Assembly: GCA_964658305.1 (NCBI GenBank)
Contig: OZ210885.1
Coordinates: 15,810,001 to 15,874,000 of the forward strand
DNA: 64,000 nucleotides
Source: Leptogorgia sarmentosa
Lineage: Eukaryota
Direction: 5' to 3'
The notes beneath the pieces were generated by a model, which had not been told where the DNA came from, made no database searches, and worked only from the letters and a program-made list of their open reading frames with translations. Numbering within the stretch: the stretch's first letter is position 1; each line of letters begins with the position of its first letter. The position numbers and the translations under genes were made by a program. Below are positions 11,905 to 23,674 of this stretch, one piece after another.

Positions 11905-13131
11905 TTATACGAAATGCATCAAGTCATTGTACAGCAATAATGCTTCCCTCCAATTAGAGGGTGGTACCAGATTACGCATTTCGACGACATAATGGAAGTA
12001 TTCGCCAAAAATGCTATCATCATCAGGCTCTTCACAGTACTCGCCAATATCGTGAAGATCTTCTTCAGAAACCGCACACGTGTAATCTTGGTAACCGCTA
12101 TTTTGGGGTAAATAGTACAGTTCGTTCGGTCTTCCAGGAATGGTATCATAACGAGATCGCCGGATATAGTGGCTGTTCCAGTTATCTTTTACGGAATCAA
12201 GATCTGCCTGCAAAATATTGTCGAAACAGAACCAAAGGCATTCCATACTTATTTCACTGGAGGTGTCAACAACATTCCTTTCTACTAAATCTTTAAAGAA
12301 ATTTATCCACCACGTGGATCTGTCGTGACGAAGAAATGACCACCATCTTTCAATACGTTGGTTGGAATGCGAAGATCCGTATACATGTGCGCTTAAACCT
12401 GCTTGCTCGTCATTTCCTGGGGCACGAAGGTAGCATTGCATTGAAGCCATAACCCCGTTCTCGGTGCCGCAATCAGTTCGTAATAACCTTGGGCAACCAT
12501 TGGTTGACTTTACACACTCGTAGAAAAATGATGCAACATGTGATGGATTATTGTTCGTTCGACAAACTTTCAACCACATAACACGTCGACTAAACCCGTC
12601 CACACAGCCGTGAATTGGAAAACCGTACGGTTTCAGTTTGTCGTACCCGTCTACGTGCCACGCGAAGTTAGGCCCAGGATTCGTGTAGGATCTTCTCCTA
12701 AGTCGATGAGTTCTTCTTAATGCAGTTCCATCCGGATCAAGTTCGCGCAGAATTCTTTCGACATTATTTCGTGACGTTTGAATCCCATATTGCAGACGGA
12801 GACAATGCCACATCGCACGATATCCTCTCATGCATCCAGGTCCATCTAATTCTTGTTCTATAGCTTCATAAATGACTGCATTAGGAGTATTTGTACCTCT
12901 TCTTCTCAACCCATATTCTGAAAGCCTATTTTGCAGAGTTCGAACAGAAAGCTCGATACCGTGACGGTTATTTAAGAAAGAAATAATACAAAAGTAACTA
13001 AATCCACGGTGAAAATAATAACGTATGAGAAGTTCTTCCTTGTTTACAGCGGATCCGCATTCTGGACAAAAATTCATTAAAGTTAGTTCTAGCTCCTGAG
13101 AACAATGTAAGCATTGTATAACCCCGTCCAT
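11905..13131 (-). CDS. Integrase-core (IS3/IS481-like) DDE transposase, 408 aa, intact
   Basis: Single open ORF. N-terminal CxxC-x12-CPECG and an HTH-like segment, then catalytic D (WHVDGYDKLKPYG), D (LRTDCGTEN) and E (NQRIERWW). Confidence 0.9.
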   Translation of the reverse strand: MDGVIQCLHCSQELELTLMNFCPECGSAVNKEELLIRYYFHRGFSYFCIISFLNNRHGIELSVRTLQNRLSEYGLRRRGTNTPNAVIYEAIEQELDGPGCMRGYRAMWHCLRLQYGIQTSRNNVERILRELDPDGTALRRTHRLRRRSYTNPGPNFAWHVDGYDKLKPYGFPIHGCVDGFSRRVMWLKVCRTNNNPSHVASFFYECVKSTNGCPRLLRTDCGTENGVMASMQCYLRAPGNDEQAGLSAHVYGSSHSNQRIERWWSFLRHDRSTWWINFFKDLVERNVVDTSSEISMECLWFCFDNILQADLDSVKDNWNSHYIRRSRYDTIPGRPNELYYLPQNSGYQDYTCAVSEEDLHDIGEYCEEPDDDSIFGEYFHYVVEMRNLVPPSNWREALLLYNDLMHFV

Positions 13132-15163
13132 TTTGACTTTAAATATACCTTATACTACATGGTATATAATATAGGACTGATTATGTGCCCTTGTTGTTAA
13201 GATGCCCACCATATGAAAGTCTTGAATGTTCTCTTTATTAATTTGGTAATTATTTTGAATTCAATTTATATGCATATGATTGTTATTCGTCACATATTGT
13301 GTCGTGTTTAAGAATTTTTTGTTGTGTTTTGCAAATATTGTGTTGTGTTTTAATGAATTTATTGTCGTGTTTTTAAAAAACTTGTTGTTGTGTCTTAATG
13401 GAAAATATTGTGGTGTGTTTGGTTGAATCTATTGTTGTGATTAGCCGAGCGATTGTTGTGTTCAGTGAAGTTGCTGTTGTGTTTCACTAAATATGTTGTC
13501 GTGTTTAGTAAATATTGTGTCGTGTTTGCAGTTGTGGGCCACCGTACAAATTAACATGATAGTATATGATCAAATGCGCATTACAATGTTTAGTTAAACT
13601 ATTGTCAAAAAAAATTGAAACATTAGTTATTTACATATCTTACAATTAATGGTATAGTAACAGATATACATTATAATTTTACACTAAGTTAAAAGCTTCA
13701 GTAAAGTAATAAGACTTTAGCAGTTTTTTAAAGCATTCAAAATTATGTTGGTTCCTAATAGACATGGGAAGACTATTCCATACATTTGGCGCTGCATTCG
13801 AAAACGCTCTGTCGCCAAAGGTCTTCTTGGCTTTAGCACTGTTGTCTAATAAGAGCATGCCTTCGTTTGATCTTAAACTATATCGTGATGTCTTTCTAAC
13901 CTCTATTAGGCTGATCAAGTACTTAGGTGCTATATTATAAATGCATTTATACACCAGCATGGCAATCTTGAAATTAATCCTAAATTTAACAGGTAACCAA
14001 TGAAGCCGTATGAGAGTAGGAGTGATATGTTCATGTTTTGGAACATGGCATACCAGTCGAGCTGCTGTATTTTGTAATCTTTCTAGCTTAGCCAAATGAA
14101 TGGCAGCAACACCAAACAGCAAGCTGTTACAATAGTCAATCCTTCTAATTGCGTCAATACTTTGCGCAAAATTGATATTTGATACCTATCACGGTAACGT
14201 TACCCCTATCACGGCGTTGATTACCTCTAGCAAGACGAGCCCGCGCTAGTGGGAGAAAAATCGGTCAAACTGACCAACGTGAAAATATAAGTAAAAAAGC
14301 TTTAATAAAAAATCACTAGTGTCGAATTCGAATCACCGTTGTCACACTCACAGAATACACAAACACACTCCAACTATATCGTACTACATAGCATGCAACA
14401 CATAAATCACGTGATCATTAAAGAAATTATTAGTGTCCCCATGTAATCAATCCCAACCAATATAACCCAATTACGTATTAACTTTAACAAATAATTAATG
14501 TACGAGGCAGTTTCCGACAAACTAATTAAAATTCTGCTGGTCAAAACAAACACAACACACAGTAGCTACCCGTGGCAAAAATGACTGTAGTGTCCTTTAA
14601 GCAAAAAATATTATTAATATTTACAATCTTTTTAGACATTTATATATGTACACAACTTTTCTGTTGGCTTGTAATCTCTACCTTTAATATTTGTTCCATA
14701 TGTCTGATAACTGGGTCAATATTAATATTTAAACAAGTCCTAAATTTGAAATGTCACAATTACTCAACATCAGCAAGACAGTGTCATTGGTTCTTTTGTC
14801 AGTATGGTAATTTGTCAGATAATACAATTGCGCACTGTACACAAATACATGACATTATATGAGTCTTGATTCAGGGCAGTTACTAAATTGAACACTATGA
14901 GGATATAAGATTATCTAGAAAAATTATCGGTGTGAAATTTAAATTACAAATAATTAACAATTATTGGATGAAGTTTTTGTGATATGCGGAATTATCAAGG
15001 TCGAGGTAAGAATAATCAACAACCGTTTTGTCCATAACCTAATGAACAAAACATGAACAAAACAGTTACAATTTTTAGACTTTTAGAGTTAGGATTTGGT
15101 TTATCATTAGGTTAAGATTAGGATGATTTTGGATTAAGATTGTTCCATCTCTAAATTTAGCAT

Positions 15164-15998
15164 TCAAATTAGAATTTCTAAAAATTCTAGCGTCATGGAT
15201 GCTTCCAGCATGGATGCTTGCTTGTAAAAAACCATGAAGTTTTTTACTAATTCATTTACATCTTTCTCAGAAGTTGGTGCACAGATTCTTGGCCCAAGAA
15301 AATCAGGAATTGCAACACAAACTCTTCGCACTGTCATGGATATGGATGATTTAGATACCCCAAATGCATTGGCTACCTTTCTGTATCTGCCTTCGTCTGA
15401 CAAATAGTACAAAGTGATGCCTACTTGTGTCTTCACAGATATAGGTTCCTTCATTTGTGTTGTTTGTTTTTCAATATACGGTCGAAGCTCGTCACAAAGC
15501 TTCATAAAGTTTGCACGACACATTCAAAAGTTCGTTTTCCACTCATGTTCTGGAGAAACTCCGTTAAACAAGTTTTCCCACCAAAGGCATGTACGTCCTG
15601 GATAAATCCAACAATGTTGTACGACGTTTTTTGGCAAGTAGTCTGGACGTCTCCATGATCATATTTTGAAGTATTTTGCGCTTTCGTCTGTACGTATGGG
15701 AAACTAACATAAACCACATGGAGTATTTTTGTATCATATTTAACAACACCACAATGTCCTGTGTGTTGTCCGCCATCTTGAATGTTTGGTATTCGGATTC
15801 GTTGAACAAATGTGTTTACACGCGATTTTTTTCGGATTCAATGTTTCCAGATACAAAGTTTCCGGATACGGCCTAAAACCGAGATGATTTTCAATCAGAT
15901 TCGACGCTGTATGTGTAAACGCATACATGAATCCGATACCAAAACGTTTCTGTTTTGTGATGAATCCGGAATCTTTTCATCTAGTGTAAACGGGGTCT
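15164..15998 (-). mobile_element. PIF/Harbinger transposon 5' fragment
   Basis: Frameshifted HARBI1-like N-terminus (NFMKLCDEL...TLYYLSDEGRYRKVANAFGVSKSSIS). Terminus AGACCCCGTTTACACT on the minus strand next to TAA (15999-16001). The other end was not found. Confidence 0.75.
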
Positions 15999-16051
15999 TA
16001 AAGGTCTCACTATATTTCCAGTTTTTCCCCCCTAATGTTTATGTAGTTCTA

Positions 16052-16819
16052 CAGGGTGTATAAAAAAACTGAACAGATTTTAAATTGCTCTCAACTTCAC
16101 AAAGGGGCTCGGGATACAACGTTTTCGGTTTATGTGGATTGGTTGAGTACTTATAATGTAGAATAAACGAAAACATTTTGTAATTTAAATTTTCAAAAAC
16201 CTGGGGGGAGTGTTTTTTTCCAACAGATAAAAAATGTCTTGCGCACAAAATTTAAAGGCTCAAAAGCAATTTTTAGTTGATGGACGGAAACTTTGTCAGG
16301 TTTTGTATTTTTGTTAAAAATTTCAGAAAAAATGCTTGAGTTTAAGCCCTTCAAAACGCTGCGTAAACATTCATTTTTTGGAATAATTAGGTTTTTGCAT
16401 GCTTAATTTATTCTTGTATCTCATTTGCATATGCTCGTATCTTAGTTCCATATGCAAATTTGGCAATTAGACACGTAAAAGGCGAATTATTCCAAAAAAT
16501 GAAAGTTTGCGCGGCGTTTTGAATGGCTTAAACTCAAGCATTTTTTCTGAAATTTTGAACAGAAATACAAAACCTGACAACGTTTCCGTCCATCAACTAA
16601 AATTGCTTTAGGGCCTTTAAATTTTGTGTGCAAGACATTTTCTATCTGTTGGAAAAAACACTCCCCCCGGGTTTTTGAAAATTCAAATTACAAAATATTT
16701 TCGTTTATTCTACATTATAAGTACTCAACCAATCCACATAAACCGAAAACGTTGTACCCCAAGCCCCTTTGTGAAGTTGAGAGCGATTTAAAATCTGTTC
16801 AGTTCTTTTATACACCCTG
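16052..16819. mobile_element. Tc1/mariner-type foldback MITE
   Basis: TA|CAGGGTGTATAAAA...TTTTATACACCCTG|TA with arms of about 340 bp that are inverted copies. ORFs 16039..16248(-) and 16626..16862(+) are mirror images. Confidence 0.9.
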
Positions 16820-16859
16820 TATAATAATAAATCTAGTATCTAATCAAGTGTCTATTAGG

Positions 16860-19800
16860 TAACCTAACTAATTAGTTGTTCTAAAGAATTTGTTTAAGTG
16901 TACATTAATCGTTCTGGAGGTCTTCTGCCTCATTAAGGATAACAGCGATTCTCGACGCCCTGATTTGCTTCACCTGATGGAGATGCCGGTTCTCTGGGAG
17001 TCGTATTCCTTCCAAGGGTTGCTTCCTGTGGCACGCCTTCTCGTCGCGGTGGGATCTGTTCTTTTGAGTAGGTTGGGCAGTTAGTTGCTTAGTTTTTTCT
17101 TCTCCCAAAACAGGAATATTTCCAAAATTCGCCAGCCATTCATCAGCATCTGTTTCTCTGTCGTAAATTCCTACCTTCTCAGTTGATGCCACTAGTTGAT
17201 CCAAATGATCGTGTCTCACCCCGAACTCGTATTTCAAATGTTCGTGGACTCAGGTTCTTCACGATTGTTCCAAGGACTCATTTCTCTTTTCCTCCCAGGA
17301 AATTCTGAACTCGTACCATTTGGTTGGTTTCTAATTCTCTTGAACTTCGATTCCGCGCCTGGTCTTTCAACTGCTTATCTTGCTGTGATTCTGCACGTTG
17401 TCTCAAGTTAGCCTTTAGCACACTAAACGAATTCCGTAGTGGTTGCTTTAAAAATAACTCAGCAGGCGATTGTCCCGTTACGGTATGTGGTGTAACAACA
17501 ATATTTCATTAGAAAATTTGACAACCTATGTTGTACCTTAGCCCCGGATGTGCTGTCGTTATCTAACACTTGCTTTTGTAACGCTTGTTTGACTACTTGA
17601 ACTGCTCTTTAAGCTGCTGCATTATATGCAGGATGATAGGGTGAACTGACTATATGTCTAATTCCATTCATTAGGATGAACTGTTGAAACTCTTCACGAA
17701 CAAACCCCGGCCTGTTGTCTGAGACAACTTTTGGCAAACCGTAAGACCAAAACAAGTTTCGAAGGATCTCGATGGTCTTCGCCGCGGTCATTAATCTTGT
17801 AGCTATGACTTTGATCCATTTGGAATGGCTGTCAATCACAATCAAGTAGAAACTCTTCTCAAACTCAAAATGGTCTACATGTATTCTCTTCCACGGTTCA
17901 CTCAGCCAATTCCACAGATATATCGGTGCCGCCGGGGGAGCGTTCAAATTGGCTTGGCAGGCATTACATTCATGAACTCTTGTTTCAATCTCTTCGTCCA
18001 ACTTGGGCCACCATAAATAACTTCGGGCCAACGCTTTCATGCGACAAATGCCTGGATGTTGGTCATGTAAATCTTCCAAAATCCTCTTCCGATGACCACT
18101 GGAGGGATCACCACTCATTGTCCCCAAAAGACACAACCTTGATCAGCCGACCACTCATTTCGGCACCCAAAATACGGTTTGAGATTTCCATCTTTTGACC
18201 ATGTTGAGCCATCCACTCAAGGTAAATTCCAAAACTCGTGACAAAATGGGATTGCAACTCATGGCTTTACTGATATGCTTTGCGGTTACCGGTAACTCAT
18301 CAAAATAGGATAACTGAAAGACTTTCGCTTCCTCTCCAATTGCAGGTGGTACTCTCTTCAAAGGCAGTCGGGATAAAGCATATGCGTTAGCATGCGGACT
18401 CGAGTTTCTGAATTTGATCTCATACTGGTAAGCTGATAGGATAATTGCCCAACACTGCAATCTGCCTGCTGCCAGCGTCGGGACCCCCGTTCTTCGTCCA
18501 AAAATCGTTACCAGTGGTTGATGATCAGTTTCTAACATGAACTTGCACCCATAAAGATATTGGTGGAATTTCTTTACCCTGAAAATGATGCCCAAAGCTT
18601 CTTTCTGCAACTGGGAATAACTCTTTTCACCGGAGCTTATAGTTCGTGACACAAACGCAATTTGCTTCTCACTACCGTCTTGTAACATGTGGGAGATCAA
18701 ACCCAAGGTTGATTCGGCTGTAAGAGCTCATGCAATGGTTGCAGAATGGTAGACAAATTTGGAATAAATTTTGCATAATAATTCAACAGTCCCAAAAACG
18801 ATTTCAGTTGAGTAACATCTGTGGGAACAGGAGCATTTCTAATAGCCTCCACTTTCTCTGGTAGGGGATGAATTCCTTTACTGTCTATGCCATGCCCAAG
18901 ATACTCTGTGTAGGGTTGCACAAACACACACTTCGACTTCCTTAACTTGATTCCATGCTGGTCCAATCGCCTTAAAACTTCATCTAGAAGCTTTCAGTGT
19001 TCTAAAGTAGACTTTTCATCCACTTTTTCATCCATTTCTTTCAAATATCATCCAGCATCGTACCCTATTCAGTCCCCTAAGAATATGTTCTAGCACCGGA
19101 AAATTGCTGGGGCCAATGATACTCCGAAAGGCAATCTTGTATAATGATACAAGCCCCTATGGGTATTAATAGTAAGTAACTCTTGCGCGTGTTCGTCCAA
19201 CTCTAATTGCTGGTACACATGTGCTAAATCTAATTTCGTAAACCCTTTTGCTAACGTTGCCAAAATCTCCTCTGCTGTGGGTAACAGACGCTGGGGAACT
19301 TCAATGCAGGGATTAACAGTCACTTTGTAATCTCCACACAATCTGACTGATTTATCTGCCTGTGAAAATTCTTGACCAATCTAACGTTAATTTGGCTAAC
19401 CAATCCCGACCTATTTGTTATTTGAATTTTTTGCTTGGCAAACTTTAGTGATATGGCCTTTCTTCGAGCATACATAACACTTTTCATCTTTGAATTTGCA
19501 TAAATTTGGTACATGACTTCCCGCACATCGAAAACATTTTAATCCTTTACTCCCGGTTTGGGGCAATTGAGCCTTACTTCGATGAACAAATTTACCTTGC
19601 CCTTTTCTCAACGTCTCTTGCGAAATGCTTTTAATTCCGAAGAAGAACGCGGCCGAAAATCTTGAGTGTTTTTGTCGACAATTTCCATAGCTTGTGCTAA
19701 TTCACTTGCTCACTGAAATGTTGAAATGCATTTTTAGCGTACTAACCAATTCTGCGAAACTCTTTGACTCTGGATTTTCTGGAGCCAATAGACTCTTCAA

Positions 19801-20125
19801 CAGCCCATATGTCGGCGCCCCAATAAAGGTAAGCAATGTCATTAACTTCAAATAATTGTTCGACACACTCGATATAGCATTGAAACTCTTCCTTGTCTTC
19901 AACATATTCTCCAATCTGGCCGATAGTTGCCATTGCTTGGCGTGCCACCGCACTCAAAATTCGTCTTCGTTAGACAGATCCCATCCTCATCGCCACTGTA
20001 ATATTCTGAACTTTTATTCACAAAGGTCTAGCTCTATCTGTACAAGATTCACCCAGCAGGGTTTTTTATACCGCTATTCATAATTATCACATCCTACTTA
20101 ATATATTCAATTATTACCTATTACA
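16860..20125 (-). mobile_element. Degenerate Ty3/Gypsy LTR retrotransposon
   Basis: gag near 19702-19957, two CCHC knuckles (19411-19611), RT (CGDYK, KLDL, RLPFG), RNase H (LETDHQPL) and integrase (HDQHPGI, RIHVDH, VSDN). Many frameshifts and deletions. PBS TGGCGATGAGGATGGG at 19995 and candidate LTR 19998-20125. A polypurine-tract-like run at 16022-16035 suggests it extends past the MITE. Confidence 0.85.
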
Positions 20126-20667
20126 GATATGAATATACAAAATTTTTTATTTATTTAACTGATAACATAAGTTTGATTGGGGAGTATCTATTTGGGGTGG
20201 GGAGCAGGTAAATGGATTGGGTTTTTATTTCCGGTAATTAATCCCCAATAGCAAATTTCCGTTCTTTTTTGCATGTTGGATTGCACCTTTGCACTTTATT
20301 TTGCATTGTAAACCCTGCTGCTTACAGTGGTCACGCCACCAATATACGAACTTTGCTACCAAAATTGTGGCTACCAAAGTTCTGTAATTAAACGTTTTCC
20401 AACACTTCCTTCGCTACTGCATTTGATAAAGGTCTCGTAAATTCGTAGTCGGTAGCGAAGTTCGTATTTGAGTAGAAAATTCCGTAGCCTACTTCTGAAT
20501 TTTTGAAATTTGAACCCTGGAAATGCCATTTCCTGCGCTCTGAGCATCGAATTCTATCATAATTCCCCATTATACTAATGAATGTTATAACGAAGTATGT
20601 AAGTATGAAAAGTACCTAGGTATTTATGTTGATTCTCATTTGAATTGGAAATGTCATATTCATAATA

Positions 20668-21622
20668 TTTGTTATGAGTAGGCTACTCATGTTACAATCA
20701 TAACAAGTTCCCAGTCCTACAGAGTAATAGCAACACATGCGGCCGCCTAAATGTTTTCACTGTCGTGGGCTGCAAGGAGCGATGGCTGATTCAGGCGCGT
20801 CAAGTTCCGCAAAAAAACCTTAAAAACTAAGCATCGTTGCATATCTGATGCTAGAAAGGTATATGGCAAGAAAATTGACGCATCTTTCGAACGCAGCCTG
20901 AAGACTGACCAGAATGTGGCAGATTTTCTGCTCGATCATTTAAATATGCACGGAGAAACGCGTTATGGTGAGTGCGTTGATAATATAACTAAACCTTCGA
21001 CCTTTTATGATGATTTTACGCTTTTGGCCTTTGTCTTCACAATAACAATCAACCTCTATTCGTAATTCATATGGTTTGCTAAAAAGCTTTAACGAATATT
21101 GAATAAGTTTTGGGGTATTCTTACAAATACAAATTGACATGTAATGACTTGGGGGCGAAACGACTTGGGGGCGAAACGACTGGATTCCACACCGAATACA
21201 TATAAAATATGTAAAGGGAGTACATTATTAAAGCGTAAAATCATCAAAAAGGTCAAAGGTTCAGTTATATTATCAACACACTCACCATAATGTGTTTCTC
21301 CGTGCGTAATTATCGAGCAGAAAATCTGCCACATTCTGGTCAGTCTTCAGGTTGCGTTCTTGTTTGAACGCTCTCCATCTCTCGAAAGCATCGAATAAAA
21401 ATATCTTAGATGCATCTCTTTTCTTGCGCTTAGTATTTGAAGGTTTTTTGCGGAATTTGACGCGCCTGAATCAGCCATCGCTCCTTGCAGCCCACGACAG
21501 TGAAAACATTAAGCGGCCGCGTGTGTTACTCTGTAGGACTGGGAACTTGTTATGATTGTAACATGAGTAGCCTACTCATAACAAACTCAGCGCACATGCG
21601 CAGAAGGGACTGTAAGCCACCT
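20668..21622. repeat. Inverted pair of diverged ~355-bp repeat copies; right copy ends in a Kolobok-like terminus
   Basis: 20668-21023 is the reverse complement of 21229-21585, with indels. The right copy continues GCGCACATGCGCAGAAGGGACTGTAAGCCACCT|TTAA. Confidence 0.7.
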
Positions 21623-22097
21623 TTAAGAAGTCAAAAGTACGTTATTATGTCACCCTTGAAGTTCTCGTACAATTGTATTACTTCTTGATATATCGATTTT
21701 TTACCTATGGCTTATTAATATGTGGCAACACATACACTTGGTATTGTATGTATGTGGTATTAAATTATTATTGTTGTTATTATAACTTTAGAATATTACA
21801 ATATCACCATACTTATATAACACCACAAATCTTTACTGGGCTTATACCAGTCTCACTCACCGCAGCACGCTGTGGCATTAGCTTTTTTATGGTAAAAAAT
21901 ATCCATTTAGGGCTCATCATCTTGGCGTCTTATTCACAAAGTAGAATTTTCACAGGGTGGGTATAACTGCCATGTCCAAAGAACTTGCAATATCCAAAGA
22001 TTTGTCGCAAAAGAAATCTTAAAAACCTGTTACCAATCTCTACTTTATTACTTTCTGGGATGAGACTCTTCGTGAATGGAACATGTTTGCAGTTATA

Positions 22098-22136
22098 TTA
22101 CAACTGTCTGGAGATGTAGAGACTAATCCTGGTCCA
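22098..22136 (+). other. 2A-like ribosome-skipping peptide LQLSGDVETNPGP (LINE ORF2 N-terminal relic)
   Basis: TTA CAA CTG TCT GGA GAT GTA GAG ACT AAT CCT GGT CCA matches the D-[V/I]-E-x-N-P-G-P consensus. Confidence 0.8.
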
Positions 22137-22859
22137 CAATTTGAACTTAGAGTGCTACTGAAACGAATTTTCGATCCCTTTTTTTCCACTTTAAACAATA
22201 TTTAGGATTTTAGATGAATTTTGATATATAAATGAGCACTGTACGTTGACCGCAAGCTGACTAATTTTGCCCTCAAATGCGGCTTCGCATCCGAACGTTT
22301 TGACCCGCCATGTTGGCGCCTGTGACATCATAAGATGAACACTGGCGCCTGTGACATCATAAGATGAACACGTCTTGAAGCTTTCTCTATAGATTCTATT
22401 GCGCTTGCGGTATTGTTTCATTTTTTCCAAATGTAAAAGTTTTCTGAACTTAATATAAAAGTTATATAATTGTAAGAATATACAGAGCACCAGTAATGAG
22501 CGGAATAGCAGTGTCGGCTCGCCGGAAAACGCCAAAACACTTTATAGATGGTGGTAAAAGCACATCTGGGTCTTTGCACGACAGTTTGGAGCCCCCTTTG
22601 CTCCACTAATTAGTAATCTATTTCACAATACCCCCATTCATGCTCAGATAAATTAAGGTATGGAATAAACGTTGGTCAACGTCCCCTATGCCTATCTGTT
22701 CTGCAAATACCGACACTGTTTGAATAACCCCTCACACAATGAATCTAAACCCAAAAACATCCCAATCCTTATACCCATAACTTATTATTCCCCCTCCCCC
22801 ATTACTCCACAAATAGAAGAAGGAAAACTGGTTGCTCCAAACCGAGCAAGCTCGTAACG

Positions 22860-23410
22860 AGTCCCAGAGTGGGTACTATTCTATTGGTAGTAAGATACTA
22901 AACAGCGGAATCACTAGAACGTTTCTTCAAGTTGGAGGGAGGAAACGCACCCTGAAAACATTCGCATCCCCATCTTGAAGAGACTTGCCCACACATGGTT
23001 AAATAGCAGACCATCATCATTAGGATGGCTTCAAGACGTGTTCATCTTATGATGTCACAGATGCGTGCAACCGTTACGGTGCACCTGCGTCTTACCATTC
23101 CGATCTTTAAAAATAAGAAACCGACAGAGATCTGGCGGTGTCACATTGGCAGTAGTCACATATCCTGGAAGCGCCGAGAGAAACACGTCCAACTCATGTT
23201 GCAATGAATCTTCTGTTTCGAATAGCGTGTCGCGCTGTCAAAGTTGAGTAATTGCTGCAGGCGTTGTTCAATTTGACCCAAATTGATGTTGACACTTTCA
23301 TTATGTACTGGCCGGACAACGTGTCGATGGTATCCACATCGTTGACAGTAGCGGAAATCATGGTCATTAGCATGTCCACAGGTGGGACAGCGAACCGAAG
23401 GGACAAACAA
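22860..23410 (-). pseudogene. DIRS tyrosine recombinase fragments
   Basis: CPTCGHANDHDFRYCQRCGY, then TPPDLCRFLIFKDRNGKTQVHRNGC. After a deletion comes PNDDGLLFNHVW...DGDANVFRVR. These motifs resemble invertebrate DIRS-type recombinases; most of the catalytic domain is deleted. Confidence 0.7.
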
Positions 23411-23674
23411 TTTAGCAATTGCCGGCAGAGGCTAAACGGAAAGGAGACATGATAAATTCTTCCCCATTTTATTTTCCTGTATACACATAATACAAAGCTA
23501 ATAACCGCCATGGGCTCACTGCCTAATCCCCGATCCGCATTCCGAGAGGAATTACAATCGGTACAGAAACAAAACAAGCAAAACGAAACTTTGGAAGTAC
23601 TATCAAGCAGAGGCTACAGTATGATATAATATGGTATAGTATATAGACCGTGGCAGTACGATATATCCCCAAGG

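Larger units (their letters stand above)
8427..13546. mobile_element. IS3EU-type DNA transposon, apparently complete, with two convergent genes
   Basis: Near-identical TIRs of about 238 bp (8427-8664 and 13309-13546) with termini TACGGTGGCCCAC...GTGGGCCACCGTA. Perfect 6-bp TSD CAAATT at 8421-8426 and 13547-13552. TAY..RTA ends plus a 6-bp TSD match my recollection of the IS3EU definition. Confidence 0.85.
8381..14155 (-). mobile_element. 5'-truncated CR1/L2-group LINE, split by the IS3EU-type element
   Basis: RT C-terminal ORF 13679..14122 (RIDYCNSLLFG...LQNTAARLV...LHWLPV...GDRAFS..APNVWNSLP). The (TTA)n tail is at 8381-8400. Candidate TSD AATACTTT at 8373-8380 and 14156-14163. Confidence 0.8.

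Noticed and set aside
11905..13131. Bacterial IS3/IS481 contamination or recent horizontal transfer
   Set aside because: It is embedded in a LINE, shares TIRs with an intron-containing gene, and matches the surrounding base composition.
14227..14580. Helitron-like non-autonomous element
   Set aside because: Only a suggestive CTAG...CCCGCG start; no clear terminal hairpin or second copy in the window.
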